A DNA stretch of 64,000 bases from Squalus acanthias. Lineage: Eukaryota. The translations under genes were made by a program, and so were the position numbers. Under the pieces are notes generated by a model. It had not been told where the DNA came from, searched no databases, and worked only from the letters and a program-made list of their open reading frames with translations. Where the stretch lies: assembly GCA_030390025.1 (NCBI GenBank), contig CM059432.1, positions 135,782,001-135,846,000 on the forward strand, written 5' to 3'. Of this stretch, positions 25,111 through 37,726 are shown one piece after another (within the stretch, counting starts at the first letter, position 1; the number at the start of each line of letters is the position of its first letter).

Positions 25111-26433
25111 ACATGGCTCCACAAATGCAGTACCTTGTCCAAATGAACATTCTTCATGTGTAATCCTAGGCACTAGGAACTGGAAGCTATTTGAACATGA
25201 AGAGCATACTGCTGAACCGAGTCTTATTCTCACTTGATGTCCATACTATCCACCGGTGGTGGCAGGGGAAGGGGAAGGTTACTGGATAGTGATCAGGAGC
25301 AAGAATGCCAACTTCTTTTTATCCTCCCAAGCTCGGGGATGCTGCAACAAACTATAACCAGTACCAGTGCTCCTGCTGTTGCCCTGCCTGAGATCAGCAC
25401 AGATAGGAGATTGGACCCAGGACCTTCAGTCTATATGACTCAGTGCCTGTTATCCACTAAGCCATCGTGAGATCTAGTGAAGACCCCAATAGTTGATTAG
25501 CTGACCAGCACTGGTTGATGAGGCTTGCACACGAAGGATGGCCAACCAACAAAAGCAAGGCACCAGAGGAGTTGCTAACTTCAGGGGGAAGAGAGAATAA
25601 CAGGGAAAAACTGGAAAGGAAAAAAATAGAACTTAAATGTTAAAAAACTCATCTGGGGTCTGTGACATCATAAATGCTGCAGACTTGGACCAATGCTTGA
25701 AATAAATCTATCATCAAGGGACAAAGAAACATGATTCAGGTAAGGCCAACAAGTAAGCAACTCCCTGGTTACTTATACTTTGAGAACAATCAGCATATGT
25801 GTCTGACTGATAATTTGATGCCATTTGGTACATATCCATTAGGCTAAAAGTACATGTAACCACTAAAAGTTCAACTTGAGTTGCATTCTAGTAATTTGCA
25901 ACCAGGATTGAGTACAAAGATCTTATAAACCCATTTAAACATATGCAGTTCTGTTTTTCCCCCCACTGAAATGGATTTAACAGCCACAATAATATTTTTT
26001 TGCGAGAAAGTAGCCAGGTTCTGTAGGCATCCAGCTACAGACATTTAACCACTTACAATGCAAAATGGTTGTACATCATTAAGAATTGTGACAGGTTCAA
26101 GATATACAATATACTGTTATTTTAACTGGCATGGCAGGTTTCATTACCGCGCTTTTTGCCCTTTTGTCAGAGCTGGTACTACATCTTGGTTCAACTATGC
26201 CTGACATTTAGCCACCATTTGGAAAAAGAATTCTGTCTATTGTACATGATCAGTCAGAAGCAATCTGAGACAGCTTTTTATCTCCTCGTAATTACTGCAA
26301 ATTCACTGTTGGGACGGCTACCTCAACTTTTCTTGACTGTGACTGACAGCTGCTGTCATTCTGCCCCTCTGACAGCCACTTCTGCTGGTCTCTTGGGAAA
26401 GCTATTTTTCATCATTTTTCTGAGTGCTTGTAT

Positions 26434-27822
26434 CCTAACTCTGCTGCCCATATCCTAACTCGCACCGAGTCCCGTTCTACCACCACCCCTGTGCTCGCTG
26501 ACCTACATTGGCTCCTGGTCTGGCAACGCTTCGATTTTAAAATTCTCATCCTTGTTTTCAAATTCCTCCATGCCCTCACCCCTCCCTATCTCTGTAACCC
26601 CCTCCGGCCCTACAACCCTCCGAGATCTCTCCGCTCCTCCAATTCTGGCCTCTTGCGCATCCCCGATTTTAATCACTCCACCATTGGCGGCCATGCCTTC
26701 AGCTGCCTAGGCCCAAAGCTCTGGAATCCCCTCCCTAAACTTCTCCGCCTCTCTACTTCTCTTTCCTCCTTTAAGACGCTCCTTAAAACCTACGGGGGGA
26801 AAAATTCAGTCGCGCCCCATTTGGGGCGCAAATATCGTCCGGGCGCAAAAATTAGCGCCTGGCGCTAATTATCGCCACTGACTGGAAACTTCACTTTTAA
26901 CGCCCCGGGAGGTGATTGGAGTGCTAAATCAGGCGCTGCACACCTGTCTTAAGGCGCAAAGGCCGAGGAGTGAGGCGCTAACTCAGAGCGCTGGCGAAGC
27001 TCATGTAATGTCAGTCAGCAATGGAACACACACACAATGGCACGGGCCAGTTCTTAAAGGGGATGGTTAATCTTGCTTTCCATCCACATCCTGTTCATTG
27101 CAGCCTTGAATCTCGGCCTGGAGAGACTTGCACATCAAATGTGCTGGAAAGAACAATGGAGAGTACCAGGCAAAGAGCTCAGAGTGCAGCCGCCACAGTC
27201 TCTGCTAAATCGATACAAGGAATGGCAAATCAAAATGAACCTGCAAAGTGCTGCTCAGTACCCAAAACTCCTTCACACAACGTTGAATCTCTCCAGAAGT
27301 CTCTCCCTCTCTCTCTCAGAATGCGTAGTTCAAAAATGGCACCAACAATAAAAGGCAGGAAGCGGTCACCTTTAAATAGCGCTCCCCCTTTCCCTTCATG
27401 ACTGCAGAACGCTCCCCTCAACCTGTCGTTGCTAGCGTCAGGCGGTAAGGCAGGGGGCGCCACTCAATATCCGCTCTGGGGCGATACCGGGGCGTTGCAC
27501 ACTCGACTGACGTCATGATCTGCCGGCGCAGGAGATCGTGGCGGTAGTGTTTAGCGCCGCCGCAAAATGTCTAGTTAATTTCGCGAGCGGCGCAAACTTC
27601 GCCGCGCCTGGGCGCTAGATGCTTTGCGCCCCATTAGCGCCCTCTTAAGGCGCTAACGGGAGGCGCAACCAACTGAATTTTTCCCCCTACGTCTTTGAAC
27701 AAGCTTTTGGTCGCCTGTCCTAATATCTCCTTATGTGGCTCGGTGTCAAATTTTGTTTGATAACGCTCCTGTGAAGCGCTGTTTTACTGCATTAAGGGTG
27801 CTATATAAATACAAGTTGTTGT
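26434..27822 (+). mobile_element. L2 LINE 3' end split by MITE
   Basis: NSAAHILTRTESRSTTTPVLADLHWL... remnant; the tail resumes at 27688. Confidence 0.9.
26794..27687. mobile_element. Young CpG-rich Harbinger-type non-autonomous element
   Basis: TIR GGGGGAAAAATTCAGT / ACTGAATTTTTCCCCC. TSD is TAC (or TACG if the element starts at 26795), inside the L2 site AAAACCTACGTCTTTG. Confidence 0.9.
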
Positions 27823-28070
27823 TATTTTTGCTCCTTCTTCCATCCTGATGGCATGGTTGCTCTCCAATCATGAAAAACTGACTCTTTTTTGGCTTGCTTT
27901 TCTTCTTCAACTCTAATCTTGATGATCTAGGTTTAAAAAACCTTTTTTTTCTACCACTATAACAAAAATCAGTTTTATTTCCCCCATATAAGTTGGATCT
28001 TGCATTCTGTGCACTCCAGTAAGACCTCCGGCCCTTATAGTATTTCTCACCTTAACCTTTCCCTCTCCTG

Positions 28071-28535
28071 TGTCAGCTGTGACTCAGTGGGTTGCACTCG
28101 CGCCTCTGAGTCAGAAGGTCATGGGTTCAAGTCCCACTCCAGGGACTTGAGCACACAAAATCTAGGCTGACACTCCAGTGCAGTGCTGAGGGAGAGTTGC
28201 ACTGTCGGAGGTGCCGTCTTTCAGATGAGACGTTAAACCGAGGCCCCGTCTGCTCTCTCAGGTGGATGTGAAAGATCCCATGGCACCATTTTGAAGAAGA
28301 GCAGGGGAGTTCTCCCCGGTGTCCTGGCCAATACTTATCCCTCAATCAACATAACAAAAACAGATTATCTGGTCATTATCACATTGTTGTTTGTGGGAGC
28401 TTGCTGTGTGCAAATTGGCTGCCGTGTATCCCACATTACAACAGTGACTCCACTTCAAACGTACTTCATTGGCTGTAAACCGCTTTGAGACGTCTGGTGG
28501 TCGTGAAAGGCGCTATAAAAATGTAAGTCTTTCTT
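28071..28535 (+). mobile_element. Full-length DeuSINE (SacSINE1-like)
   Basis: Pol III A box (TGACTCAGTGG) and B box (GGTTCAAGTCC), Deu domain and L2-like tail. Confidence 0.92.
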
Positions 28536-28979
28536 CCTTTTCCTTGGAATTAGAAGCAGCAAATTGTGGAGGTGAAGGAAGACAGCAGTTGATGCTTCCT
28601 TTATGTTTTGGAAGTTTATATGAAGACAATGATTGCTTTATTGGTTGATGAAAAAAATGATTATATCGTAAGTTATCAGAGTCATTCCGGGTGAGAAGGC
28701 TATCTGTATGTGGTTCATTGTTACAGTAATGTTATCATGCCAGGCATTGCCTTTCTGTGCTTGCAGAACGGAACTTGGACAGGTGATATTGACTGTATTT
28801 TTCATTGGTTATTGGGTGCAAGCCATCAATTATTTTTCAATTGTGATTGGCCAATCATACACCTTTGTTAGCCTCTGATCGTGTCCGTCAGTTAACCATT
28901 TTAGAGAATTTTAATTGGCTAGAAAATGCTTCAAGTGGTTTGAAATAAAAACACGACTCACGAGTCACTTTGGCAGTTT

Positions 28980-29298
28980 AAAGAAAGAAAGACTTGCATT
29001 CCTATAGCGCCTTTCATGACCTCAGGACGTCCCAAAGCGCTTCACAGCCAATGAAGTGCATTTCTGAAGTGTAGTCACTGTTGTAATGTAGGAAACACAG
29101 CAGCCAATTTGCGCACAGCAAGCTCCCACAAACAGCAATGTGATAATGACCAGACAATCTGTTTTAGTGATGTTGATTGAGGGATAAATATTGGCCAGGA
29201 TGCCGGGGAGAACTCCCCTGTTCTTCCTACAAATAGTGCCATGGGATCTTTTACGTCCGCCTGCGAGAGCAGACGGGGTCTCGGTTTAACCGAAAGAC
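28980..29298 (-). mobile_element. DeuSINE, 5'-truncated
   Basis: Reverse complement of the 3' two-thirds of 28071-28535. Confidence 0.9.
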
Positions 29299-30319
29299 GG
29301 ATAAACCGATTAATTCTCTATTATATAAACTTGGTCACAGTTGTAACCTGTGAACAAGGGCAAAAGGTACATTTTAATGTGGATCTCTCTTCATCATAAA
29401 TCATTTCCATCTCACAATATTTTGGGCTGGTATGTGGAAGTATTGACGAGCTCCATGAAACTGGATGTCTGGTTTGTAAAAAAAATTATCCTTCATCAGG
29501 CTTAGTCATATAGTGCGGTGTTGTTTAACAGTTTATTTTTTGAGTAAACAACCATCTGTTATATTTATTCTCTCTAGTTTAGGCAGTAGATCATGTACGA
29601 GTGATGTAGTCTGATCATAGGGTTGGGGTACTCAGGGAATTTCTATCATCTTCTCTACTGTCTTCTCTGAAGGCCTTAGATCACATCACCTATGTAAATA
29701 CCACAAAATAAAATTGGATCTTTATATTTCTCCTTTGTATTGACAGTGTTTGTTGGGTAGGGCAGTGGAAAGTGCTGGGAGGGTCTGAAATATAGCAGTT
29801 CAACTTCAGTGGAAGTTATGTACAGCATGTTCTTGGGATGGCATTGTGCAGGAGTTCCTTGGGAAAATAAAGTTGGTGAATGGCAAAAAGGATCCTAAAC
29901 TGCAATTAGCTCTTAATCCCAGAGTCCTGCACCGATCTTCCTGTATCTCCATCCATGTTGCCCTCACCCTCTGAATCTGAATACCTGCTAGGCAGTAACA
30001 GTTTGCAACAAGTCCCGTTCACCCATCACCCCTGTGCTCGCTGACCTACATTGGCACCCGGACTGGCAATGCCCCGATTTTAAAAAAAAATTGTCATTCT
30101 TGTTTTCAATCCCTCCATGGCTTCGCCCCTCCCTATCTCTAACGTCCTCCAGCCCTACAACCCCTCTGAGATCCCTACGTTAAAGGCACTATATAATTGT
30201 AAGTAGTTGTTCTGTGCCCTTTCTAGTTGGTATCTCTTTTCCACTGAGAAAGGGATAAAAGTGTTTCCTTGGCAAAATACATCAGTTACTTAGTTTATAT
30301 TTGGAATTAACTGCCAATT

Positions 30320-30590
30320 GACTTATCTGACAGAGGTCCCCTACGGTGGCCTGGAGGGATCCTGTTGCATAGAAACTTAATGCTACTGTGAGCTTCAAAG
30401 CTATGGAAGGAGCTGCCCACTCCTTGAAGTTTTCTGGTTACCATCTGCAGTGGGCGGCATAACTCAGTCACTGTCTCTGCAGTGAAGCTAAGGTGCCGAA
30501 GACAGGTCTTCTCCAGGTAAGGGTGGCATAGTTTGTAAATGTAGGCCCTTAGATATTCACACCAGTTCACATACCCCTTAGGAGCCAAAA
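30320..30590 (-). pseudogene. Harbinger transposase N-terminal fragment
   Basis: CLRHLSFTAETVTELC and LKLTVALSFYATGSLQATVGDL match CIRSLRFTKKVVTELC and VKVTVALNFFPSGSFQ in the 34874 transposase. Confidence 0.7.
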
Positions 30591-30596
30591 GATTTG

Positions 30597-31203
30597 AACA
30601 TAAGAAATAGGAGCAGGAATAGGCCATTTGGTCCCTCGAGCCTGCTCCGCCATTCAATGAGATCATGGCTGATCTGATCTTGGGCTCAGCTCCATTTCCC
30701 TGCCCACTCCCCATAACCCTTGACTCCCTTCTCGTTCAAAAATCTGTCTATCTCCACCTTAAATGTATTCAATGACCCAGCCTCCACAGCTCTCTGGGGC
30801 AGAGAATAACACAGATTTACAAACCTCTGAGAGAAGAAATTCCTCCTCATCTCAGTTTTAAATGGGCGACCCTTTATTCTGAAACTATGCCCCCGAGTTC
30901 TAGATTCCCCCATGAGGGAAACATCTTCTCTGCATCTACCTTGTCGAGCCCCCTCAGTATCTTATATGTTTCAATAAGATCCCCTCTCATTCTTCTGAAC
31001 TCCAATGAGTATCGGCCCAACCTGCTCAACCTTTCTTCATAAGTCAACCCCCTCACCTCAGGAATCAACCTCGTGAATCTTCTCTGAACTGCCTCCAATG
31101 CAAGTATATCCTTCCTTAAATAAGGAGACCAAAACTGTACGCAGTACTCCAGGGTCGTCTCACCAATACCCTGTACAGTTGTAGCAGGACTTCCCTACTT
31201 TTA
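30597..31203 (-). mobile_element. CR1 LINE 3' end
   Basis: EAVQRRFTRLIP..RRMRGDLIETYK..RTRGH..RNFFSQR, plus CR1 tail. Confidence 0.92.
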
Positions 31204-31489
31204 TACGGTGTCATTATGTGTTGGTCCTTCTTATCCAATTTGTGCAGCACTATGGGAACAGCTGAAACAGATCCCCTTCCTCTGAACTTTGTTAGCTGCA
31301 ACTTGTACTACAACAGTAGTTGCCATCACTAGCAAGTTATTCTATCCCCAGAGTTTGGGATGGGGTTTCTGGTCTGGGGTAGGGCAGGTGGGAGTTCCGC
31401 TCCGCTGCATTATTCCAAGAGCTGTTGTGTTTTTGCATCGTGCTATTGTGGTAGCTGTTTTTTTGGATGTGCATTGTCTACAAAGTATT

Positions 31490-31767
31490 ACAAACACAGA
31501 AACAGGCCATTCGGCCCAACAGGTCTAAGCCGGTGTTTATGCTCCACACGAGCCTCCTCCCACCCCTCTTCATCTCACCCTATCAACATATCCTTCTATT
31601 CCTTTTTCCCTCATGTACTTATCTAGCACCCCCTTGAATGTGTCTATACTATTCGCCTCAACCACTCCCTGTGGGAGCGAGTTCCTCATTCTCATCACTC
31701 TCTGGGTAAAGAAGTTCTCCTGAATTCCCTAATGGATTTATTAGTGACTATCGTATATTTATGGCCC
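31490..31767 (-). mobile_element. CR1 3' tail
   Basis: Same family as 18630-18912. Confidence 0.8.
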
Positions 31768-32081
31768 AGAATCCACAGAATCCCCACAGTGCAGATAGAG
31801 GCCATTTCGGCCCATCGAGCCTGCACCGACACATATCCCACCCTATCCCCATAACCCCACGTATTTAATCCCCCCTAACACTAAGGGTCAATTTATCATA
31901 GCCAAATCAACCTAACCCGCACATCTTTGGACTGTGGGAGGAAACCGGAGCACCCGGAGGAAACCCACGCAGACACGGGGAGAATGTGCAAACTCCACAC
32001 AGACAGTCACCCGAGGCCGGATTCGAACCCGGGTCCCTGGCGCTGTGAGGCAACAGTGCTAACCACTATGCCACCGTGCCC
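31768..32081 (-). mobile_element. HE1-type V-SINE
   Basis: Reverse strand reads GGGCACGGTGGCATAGTGGTTAGCACTG...GGTTCGAATCC...TGTGTGGAGTTTGCACATTCTCCCCGTGTCTGCGTGGGTTTCCTCCGGGTGCTCCGGTTTCCTCCCAC (V domain), with a CR1-type tail. Confidence 0.92.
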
Positions 32082-32269
32082 TCGCCTACAAGTGGAAACA
32101 TCATCTTTATGTCTAGCCTAGGGCACTTAGTTACCTCCCTCTTGCTAAAATATTTGCAGTGTTTATGATGGGTTGGAGTACGCCTCCGACCCAGTAAAAG
32201 AATCTGCAACTATCTTCAGGCTCCCAGGCTTCAGCTGCAATTTCCCCCCTAAAAAAGGGTGAGTTTGGA

Positions 32270-33475
32270 GTGCGGGGGCTGTTAAATTGTTAAAATTGGG
32301 ATTCCTGACCTGATCATTACATAAATTTAAAACAGAAATAGACAGTTTCCTAGAAGTAAAGGGAATTAAGGGTTACGGGGAGCGGGCAGGAATTTGGACA
32401 TGAGTCTAGGTTCGGATCGGTCATGGCCCTGTGGGTAGCGTAGCGGGCCCAGGGGCCATGTAGCCTGATTCTGCTCCTATTTCATGTGTCCAATTCTGTT
32501 AGGTTTAGGAGATGGTTCTGTGATAGTAGATTGGTGGTTAGGATCAGATCAGCCATGATCTTATTGAATGGCGGAGCAGGCTCGAGGGGCCAATTGGCCT
32601 ACTCCTGCTCCTATTTCTTATGTTCTTATGTTCTTATCCCACCTCCAGCTCGCCCACGTCTGGTTTTAATGGAGGCGGGACAGCGTGGGACAGGGGGTGG
32701 GCGGCATAGTGGTTATGTCACTAGACGAGTAATCCAGGAGTCTGGACGAATGATCCGGAGACCTGGGGGGCGATTTTGCCAGCCCTGGGGAGGCAGGTAT
32801 GGAGGCGGGACTGCTGGGAAAAAGGCAGATTTTGGGGGCAGGTTGCCAACCCACCCCCAACCCGCCTCCATGCCATCTTCCCAGGAGGCGGGTAGCCGTC
32901 CCGCGCCGGGTCCCGTCTCCTTGGAGGCAGGAAGGGATTAAAGCCTATTAACAGGTTGTTAACAGGCAGAAAATAGGATTATCCCCTTTTTGCCCTCACA
33001 AGTGCGGGCTGCCCGAAGGCTCCAAAACCCGCCAGCTCAGCGAGGCGAGTACTGGGTCTGCGGGGGTCAGGGGGGGGGGTGCAAAAGTGTGGTGTGAAGG
33101 TAAGTGATGGGTGCAAGAGTGTAGAGGTGAGTATCTGAGGTAAGTGCAAAGTGTTTTTAAAAGTGTACTTACCTTTGTTTCTTTCTGCAGGCTTCAGTCA
33201 GTTTGTATGCGGAGAGTCTCGGACCTCTGTGTTGCAGATCAGAGATGGCCGTTGCATTCTCAGAAGCAACAACCATCTCAATTCTGCAAATGAAAGAGGT
33301 TGATGAGGTCTTGTATGCAAGACTTCATCAAACTGCAGAGAATGTCACTGTTTGACAGCTTCACAGAGCTGTCAAACGATGACAATTCATCTGTCAAAAA
33401 TTTTTGACAGATGACACGTCATACGTTGACGTGCTCTGCAACCGGCTTTCCCTTAATTGGCCTGCTCAGCCCGCT
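32270..33475 (-). mobile_element. Harbinger-type non-autonomous element (relative of 7443-8283), interrupted by a CR1 tail at 32315-32636
   Basis: 33410-33475 is the reverse homolog of 7535-7600, and 32935-32970 is the reverse homolog of 8080-8100. Confidence 0.6.
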
Positions 33476-33479
33476 GGTC

Positions 33480-33825
33480 TGTTTTTGCTATTTACAGTTC
33501 CTCTAGACCCATCTTTTGTTTCTTTACTTGTCCCATTACCGCCCCCTTTTGCCTTGCACCATCATCCCTTTAGTCATTTGATCTCTCCTGCCTTCCAGCC
33601 TATCACAGACCTTCCCTTTTGTTCTTCTCCCCCACCCCACTTCATTCCCTGCCTCTGTACTTGCTTAAAAACCTGTTCCATCTCCAACTTTTTCCAGTAC
33701 TGACGAAAGGTCATCGACCTGAAACGTTAACTCTGTTTCTCTCTCCGCAGATGCTGCCTGACCTGCTGAGTATTTCCAGCATTTTCTGTTTTTATTTCAG
33801 ATTTCCAGCAGTATTTTGCTTTTGT
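33480..33825 (+). mobile_element. Penelope 3' terminal region
   Basis: Homologous to 61445-61771 of the RT/GIY-YIG Penelope element. Confidence 0.85.
33696..33732 (+). ncRNA. Minimal type I hammerhead ribozyme motif (Penelope-associated)
   Basis: AGTA-CTGACGA-A-AGGTC-ATC-GACCT-GAAA-CGTT-AACT: intact core boxes, 5-bp helix II and palindromic ACGT helix III. Confidence 0.75.
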
Positions 33826-33869
33826 AGTTATGGTGTTCATGTTATTGGTTCAGGTCTGCTACGGACCAT

Positions 33870-34380
33870 GAAGGTTGCTGCTGACTGGAAACGTGGATCT
33901 CAACATCTAGTTACAGGACTGGCCAAAGAGGAAGAGATACGGTTCATTGACTAGCTCGAGCTAGTTCATTGGAGGGCCAATAGGGATGGGATTCACCTGA
34001 ACAAGGTAGATGCGACATTTTTTTGCCGCAGTGTGGAGGAAACACTCGGGGCTTCTTGAAACTGATCGGGCCAGGGAACAAAGCACACCCCCTACCAAAT
34101 AACAGTGTAAGTCCAACCACAGACAGTCTCGATTTAGACAATGTAAGCAATAACTCAGCTGTTCGGTTCGACCTGCCACAAAAGGAGGGAATAAGAGGAT
34201 GAAACTATACCAAAGTGTCCTTGGGGATTCAATTAAGTTCTTCTAAACAAATGCTAGAAGAATTAGGAATAAATTGGCAGAACTACAGCTGCAACTGACA
34301 ACCTGGAGCTGAGATACCACACAGTAATATGGCTGAATTCTAAGGATGGTTCTTCTGAATTTCGTGTACCTCAATATATA
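33870..34380 (+). mobile_element. Ancient CR1-like LINE: ORF1 esterase and endonuclease N-terminal remnants
   Basis: EEEIRFID...RDGIHLNK (SGNH-like). IWLNSKDGSSEFRVPQYI continues after the Harbinger as LFRQDREGRR (38050-38085). Confidence 0.5.
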
Positions 34381-34873
34381 TTGGGCTAAAAATTCGGGAA
34401 TCAACGCCACCCTTTACCGACATAATATGACGAAAAAATGGCGGCCGCCACTCTTCCGCCAGCTGGTGGCGGGTCCCGCGGTGGCCGCCATTTTGTGAGG
34501 GCCGGCAGTGCTGCCAGTAAACATGATCGCTGGAGGAATTGAAATGAACCACATTGTGACATCAGTGAGTGTGCAACGCTCACTCGACGCCAATCTGCAG
34601 CATTGGATTTTGCTGTTACACTTACCGGCATGCCTAAACAACGACAGGCAGAACAAGCATTGAGAAGCAGGAAGGAGGCTCCAGCAACAATATTTAAAGG
34701 GATCATCAGCAATCAGTTGCACCTGACACGGTTATGCAGTTTGACTGGCTTTGTGGTACTTTCTGCAACTCCGCCAGCTTTATTAAATTCTTTCAAGGTT
34801 CTAAGGCAACAGGGAGTGTTGTGGAAAGTGCAGAACGCCTTCATTATTTTTTCAAGGCTTCAGCTCACAACAC

Positions 34874-35973
34874 TTGCTTACAGTCATGAGGGTTGTACTG
34901 GCAGTCGACCTCATGCTCCAGGATCTTCAGCAGACAGAGCAGAGGCAGCGAGGAAGACGGGAACATGCGCGCAGAGGGAGGAGGAGAAGGGCCAGGAGGG
35001 CTCACAACAGGAGGCCTTACCCACCTAGGGTCTTCCGAGAGCACTTCTCTTATATCCACTTAAGCGAGGAGCAGTGTATTAGGAGTCTACGCTTCACCAA
35101 GAAGGTGGTCACAGAACTCTGCCACCTCCTGCAACCAGACCTGGAGCCTGAGAGCAGGGTGACCACGGCTCTCCCAGTGGCAGTCAAGGTCACCGTGGCC
35201 CTCAATTTCTTCCCCAGCGGATCCTTCCAGTCTGCAGGAGGAGACACAGCTAACATCTCCCAGTTCGCCTTCCATCGCTGCATCCGGGAGGTCACTGAGG
35301 CTCCCTACAGCAGGAGAAGGGACTACGTTGTCTTCTCTCGGAGCAGAGAGGAGCAGGAAGAGCACGCGCATGTGGCTTTGCCTGGTTAGCGGGCTTCCCC
35401 ATGGTGCAGGGTGCCATCGACTGCACACCCATGGCTTTGTGGGCGCCGCATAACAATCCTGAGATCTTTTGTAACCGCAAAGGCTACCACTCACTTAATG
35501 TGCAGGTGGTGTGTGACCAATGTCGATGCCCTCTATCCTGGCAGCAGCCACGATCCTGCGTCAGATTGACAGCAATCTTCCAGCCACCACAGCAAACTTG
35601 AGGGTGGCTACTCGGAGACAAGGGGTATCCACTGTCCACCTGGCTCATGACTCCCCTCACAACCCCAACACATCAAGCAGACCATCGGGCTACTGAAGCA
35701 ATGGTTCCGCTGCCTTGACCGCTCGGGAGGAGCCCTCCAGTACTCCACGGAGCAGGTGTCCCATTCGTGGTGGTCTGCTGCATGCTCCACAACTTGGCCA
35801 TCATGAGGGCGCAGCCCTTGTCACCAGGGATTGCAGCACCACCTCAGGAGGAGGAAGAAGAGGGAGAGGAGGACGAGGAGCAAGAGGACGAGGATAGAGG
35901 GAGGAGGCAGGCAGCCAATCGTCCTTCCGAACGAGCTCTCCGTGAACGACTCATCAGACTTCGATTCCAATGA
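34874..35973 (+). pseudogene. Harbinger DDE transposase (frameshifted, internal deletions)
   Basis: Motifs across frames: [78 protein letters not shown], and an acidic tail. Confidence 0.92.
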
Positions 35974-36137
35974 ATGATCCCGTTGCTCACCACATCCCCA
36001 TCATACCATCCCTGTCTCGCGGAATATCACAGCGTCCTCCTGGGCGTTAAGCTGAAATGAGACACCACAGAAGATTCCAAACAAAGTTAATAAATTTATC
36101 ACAAATCAATTCATACATATTACATGAAAAATATTAA

Positions 36138-37726
36138 CTAATCACCCTTGTGTAATCCCTTAGTACCTGTCTTTCGTGTGGCTTTTCCTACTCTGGTGCT
36201 CCTACGAAGTGCTCCCCTAGTGGCTGCAGTATGGCTGGTGGAAGGCTGCTGAGTTTCCATGGGGGAGACTTCAGATGGCTTTGCAGGATGACCTCGAGCA
36301 GCTCTGGCCCTAGAAGGCTCGGCTGTAGACTGCACCACCTCGGCATGGGTGGCAGCAGTCTGGACTGGCTGGCTAACAGACAGACAGCAGCAAGGGCAAT
36401 GGTGGAGTGGCAGTGGTGGGAACAGGAATACTGTCATCTTGAGGGAGGACAGCAGGGTCCTGCTCCACTGACCCACTGCCACTCCCCCGGGGCAGCTCCT
36501 CAGCACTCCTAGCAATCTGTTGGAGCACAGATTGCTGGGCTGCTGTGACACACTGAAAGCCTCGGTCGACAGTGATAAACCTGGCCACGATGGCAGCAGT
36601 CAGAGCTTGGGCGGCTTCAGGCTGAGTCTGCATGAGAGCGGTCTGAGCTTCCGCTGCAGCACTAAGATGTTGGGTTGCTTCCGCCTGTGCTGCAATGGAA
36701 GCTGCGACATCGCCCATCATGCGCACCATCACATCTGGGTGGCCACGGTCTCGCTGGGAGTCTACCATCATTTCCAGGCTGGAAATCCTGGGCTCCATGC
36801 TCTGCACAGAGCCCCGTGTAACGTTGGAGGCGGACTCCTCCAAGTTCCTTGACATTGCCGAGAGGCTTTCTGGCTGGCTTGCCATTGCACCCATCAATTC
36901 GGTGTGCATGCCCATCACTCTTCTTCTGAAGGCCTCCACATCGGGTTATGGTGAGGGGAGGTGGACGGGGTGGGGGATGTCAGAAATATATGCAGACAGC
37001 ATGAGTAGCTTAAATATGAGAAGAGTGTGGGCTGAGGGGAAATTGGGATGTGAGAAGGAGGATTAGGAATGAACATACTATTGTTGTCCCCAAGAAGTTG
37101 AACCTCGCCAGTTGCCAGGGCCTCTACCATGTGCCTCCCAATTATCTGGAGTACTCACTCCTCCAGCTGGCTAAAGTCCTGCGTGTCCACCTGGCCCCCA
37201 CCTGTCTGCTGCTGCTCCCAGTGGTTGTGCCAGCTTGGCCTGCAAGAGAAAGAGAAGTGTGTGAGTGAGTGTAGTGCAATGTGTTTGGGTGATGTGCCTG
37301 CCATAGTCGAATAGCTGTCAGGGTGTGCAAGGTGTGAGATGTGGTGTGAGTGTTGCTGCAGTGGTAAGGTTGTGAGGGTGAAGTGAAGCCACAATTGTGA
37401 GGTGTGAGTGGTGAAAGATAGAGATTGTTAGTTGGTGAGTGCTGGGAGTGTGGTGCATTGAGCAGTGTGTGAGGCTTGTGGTGCAGATGGTGGTATGTGG
37501 CATTTGCTGAAGCCTTCACTCACCTTGATCACCCGTGTGAGGTCATTAAACTTCTTCCTACACTGGATGGCGAACTGTGGCACATGGTATGGGATGTATA
37601 GAGCAAGAGCGTCCTGCCACTTTGGAGGTAGAGGACAGCCCGCCTCCTCTCCACAGCCACTACAAGTGCCTCCAGAGCTTCATCGGAGAACCTCCAGGCT
37701 CTCTCCCTGGTGCGACGATCTGCCAT
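36138..37726 (-). pseudogene. Harbinger Myb/SANT-like accessory gene (multi-exon, disrupted)
   Basis: MADRRTRERAWRFSDEALEALV..QCRKKFNDLTRVIK then a GTGAGT donor (37523). TTGCAG acceptor precedes exon 2 at 37239 (..HNHWEQQQTGGGQ). C-terminus LRRSTRVGK..KGD*. Confidence 0.85.

Noticed and set aside
28071..28145. tRNA genes at SINE heads (also 5909, 32081, 50859, 56541)
   Set aside because: The A/B boxes run directly into SINE bodies; these are tRNA-derived heads, not tRNAs.
28767..28782. Possible 16-bp micro-exon (TTGCAG|...CAG|GTGATA)
   Set aside because: Weak donor and no neighbouring exons identifiable; it cannot be supported without RNA data.
34874..35973. Host HARBI1 gene
   Set aside because: Multiple frameshifts and deletions, and it is enclosed by TIRs and a TSD with a Myb partner, so it is a transposon copy.
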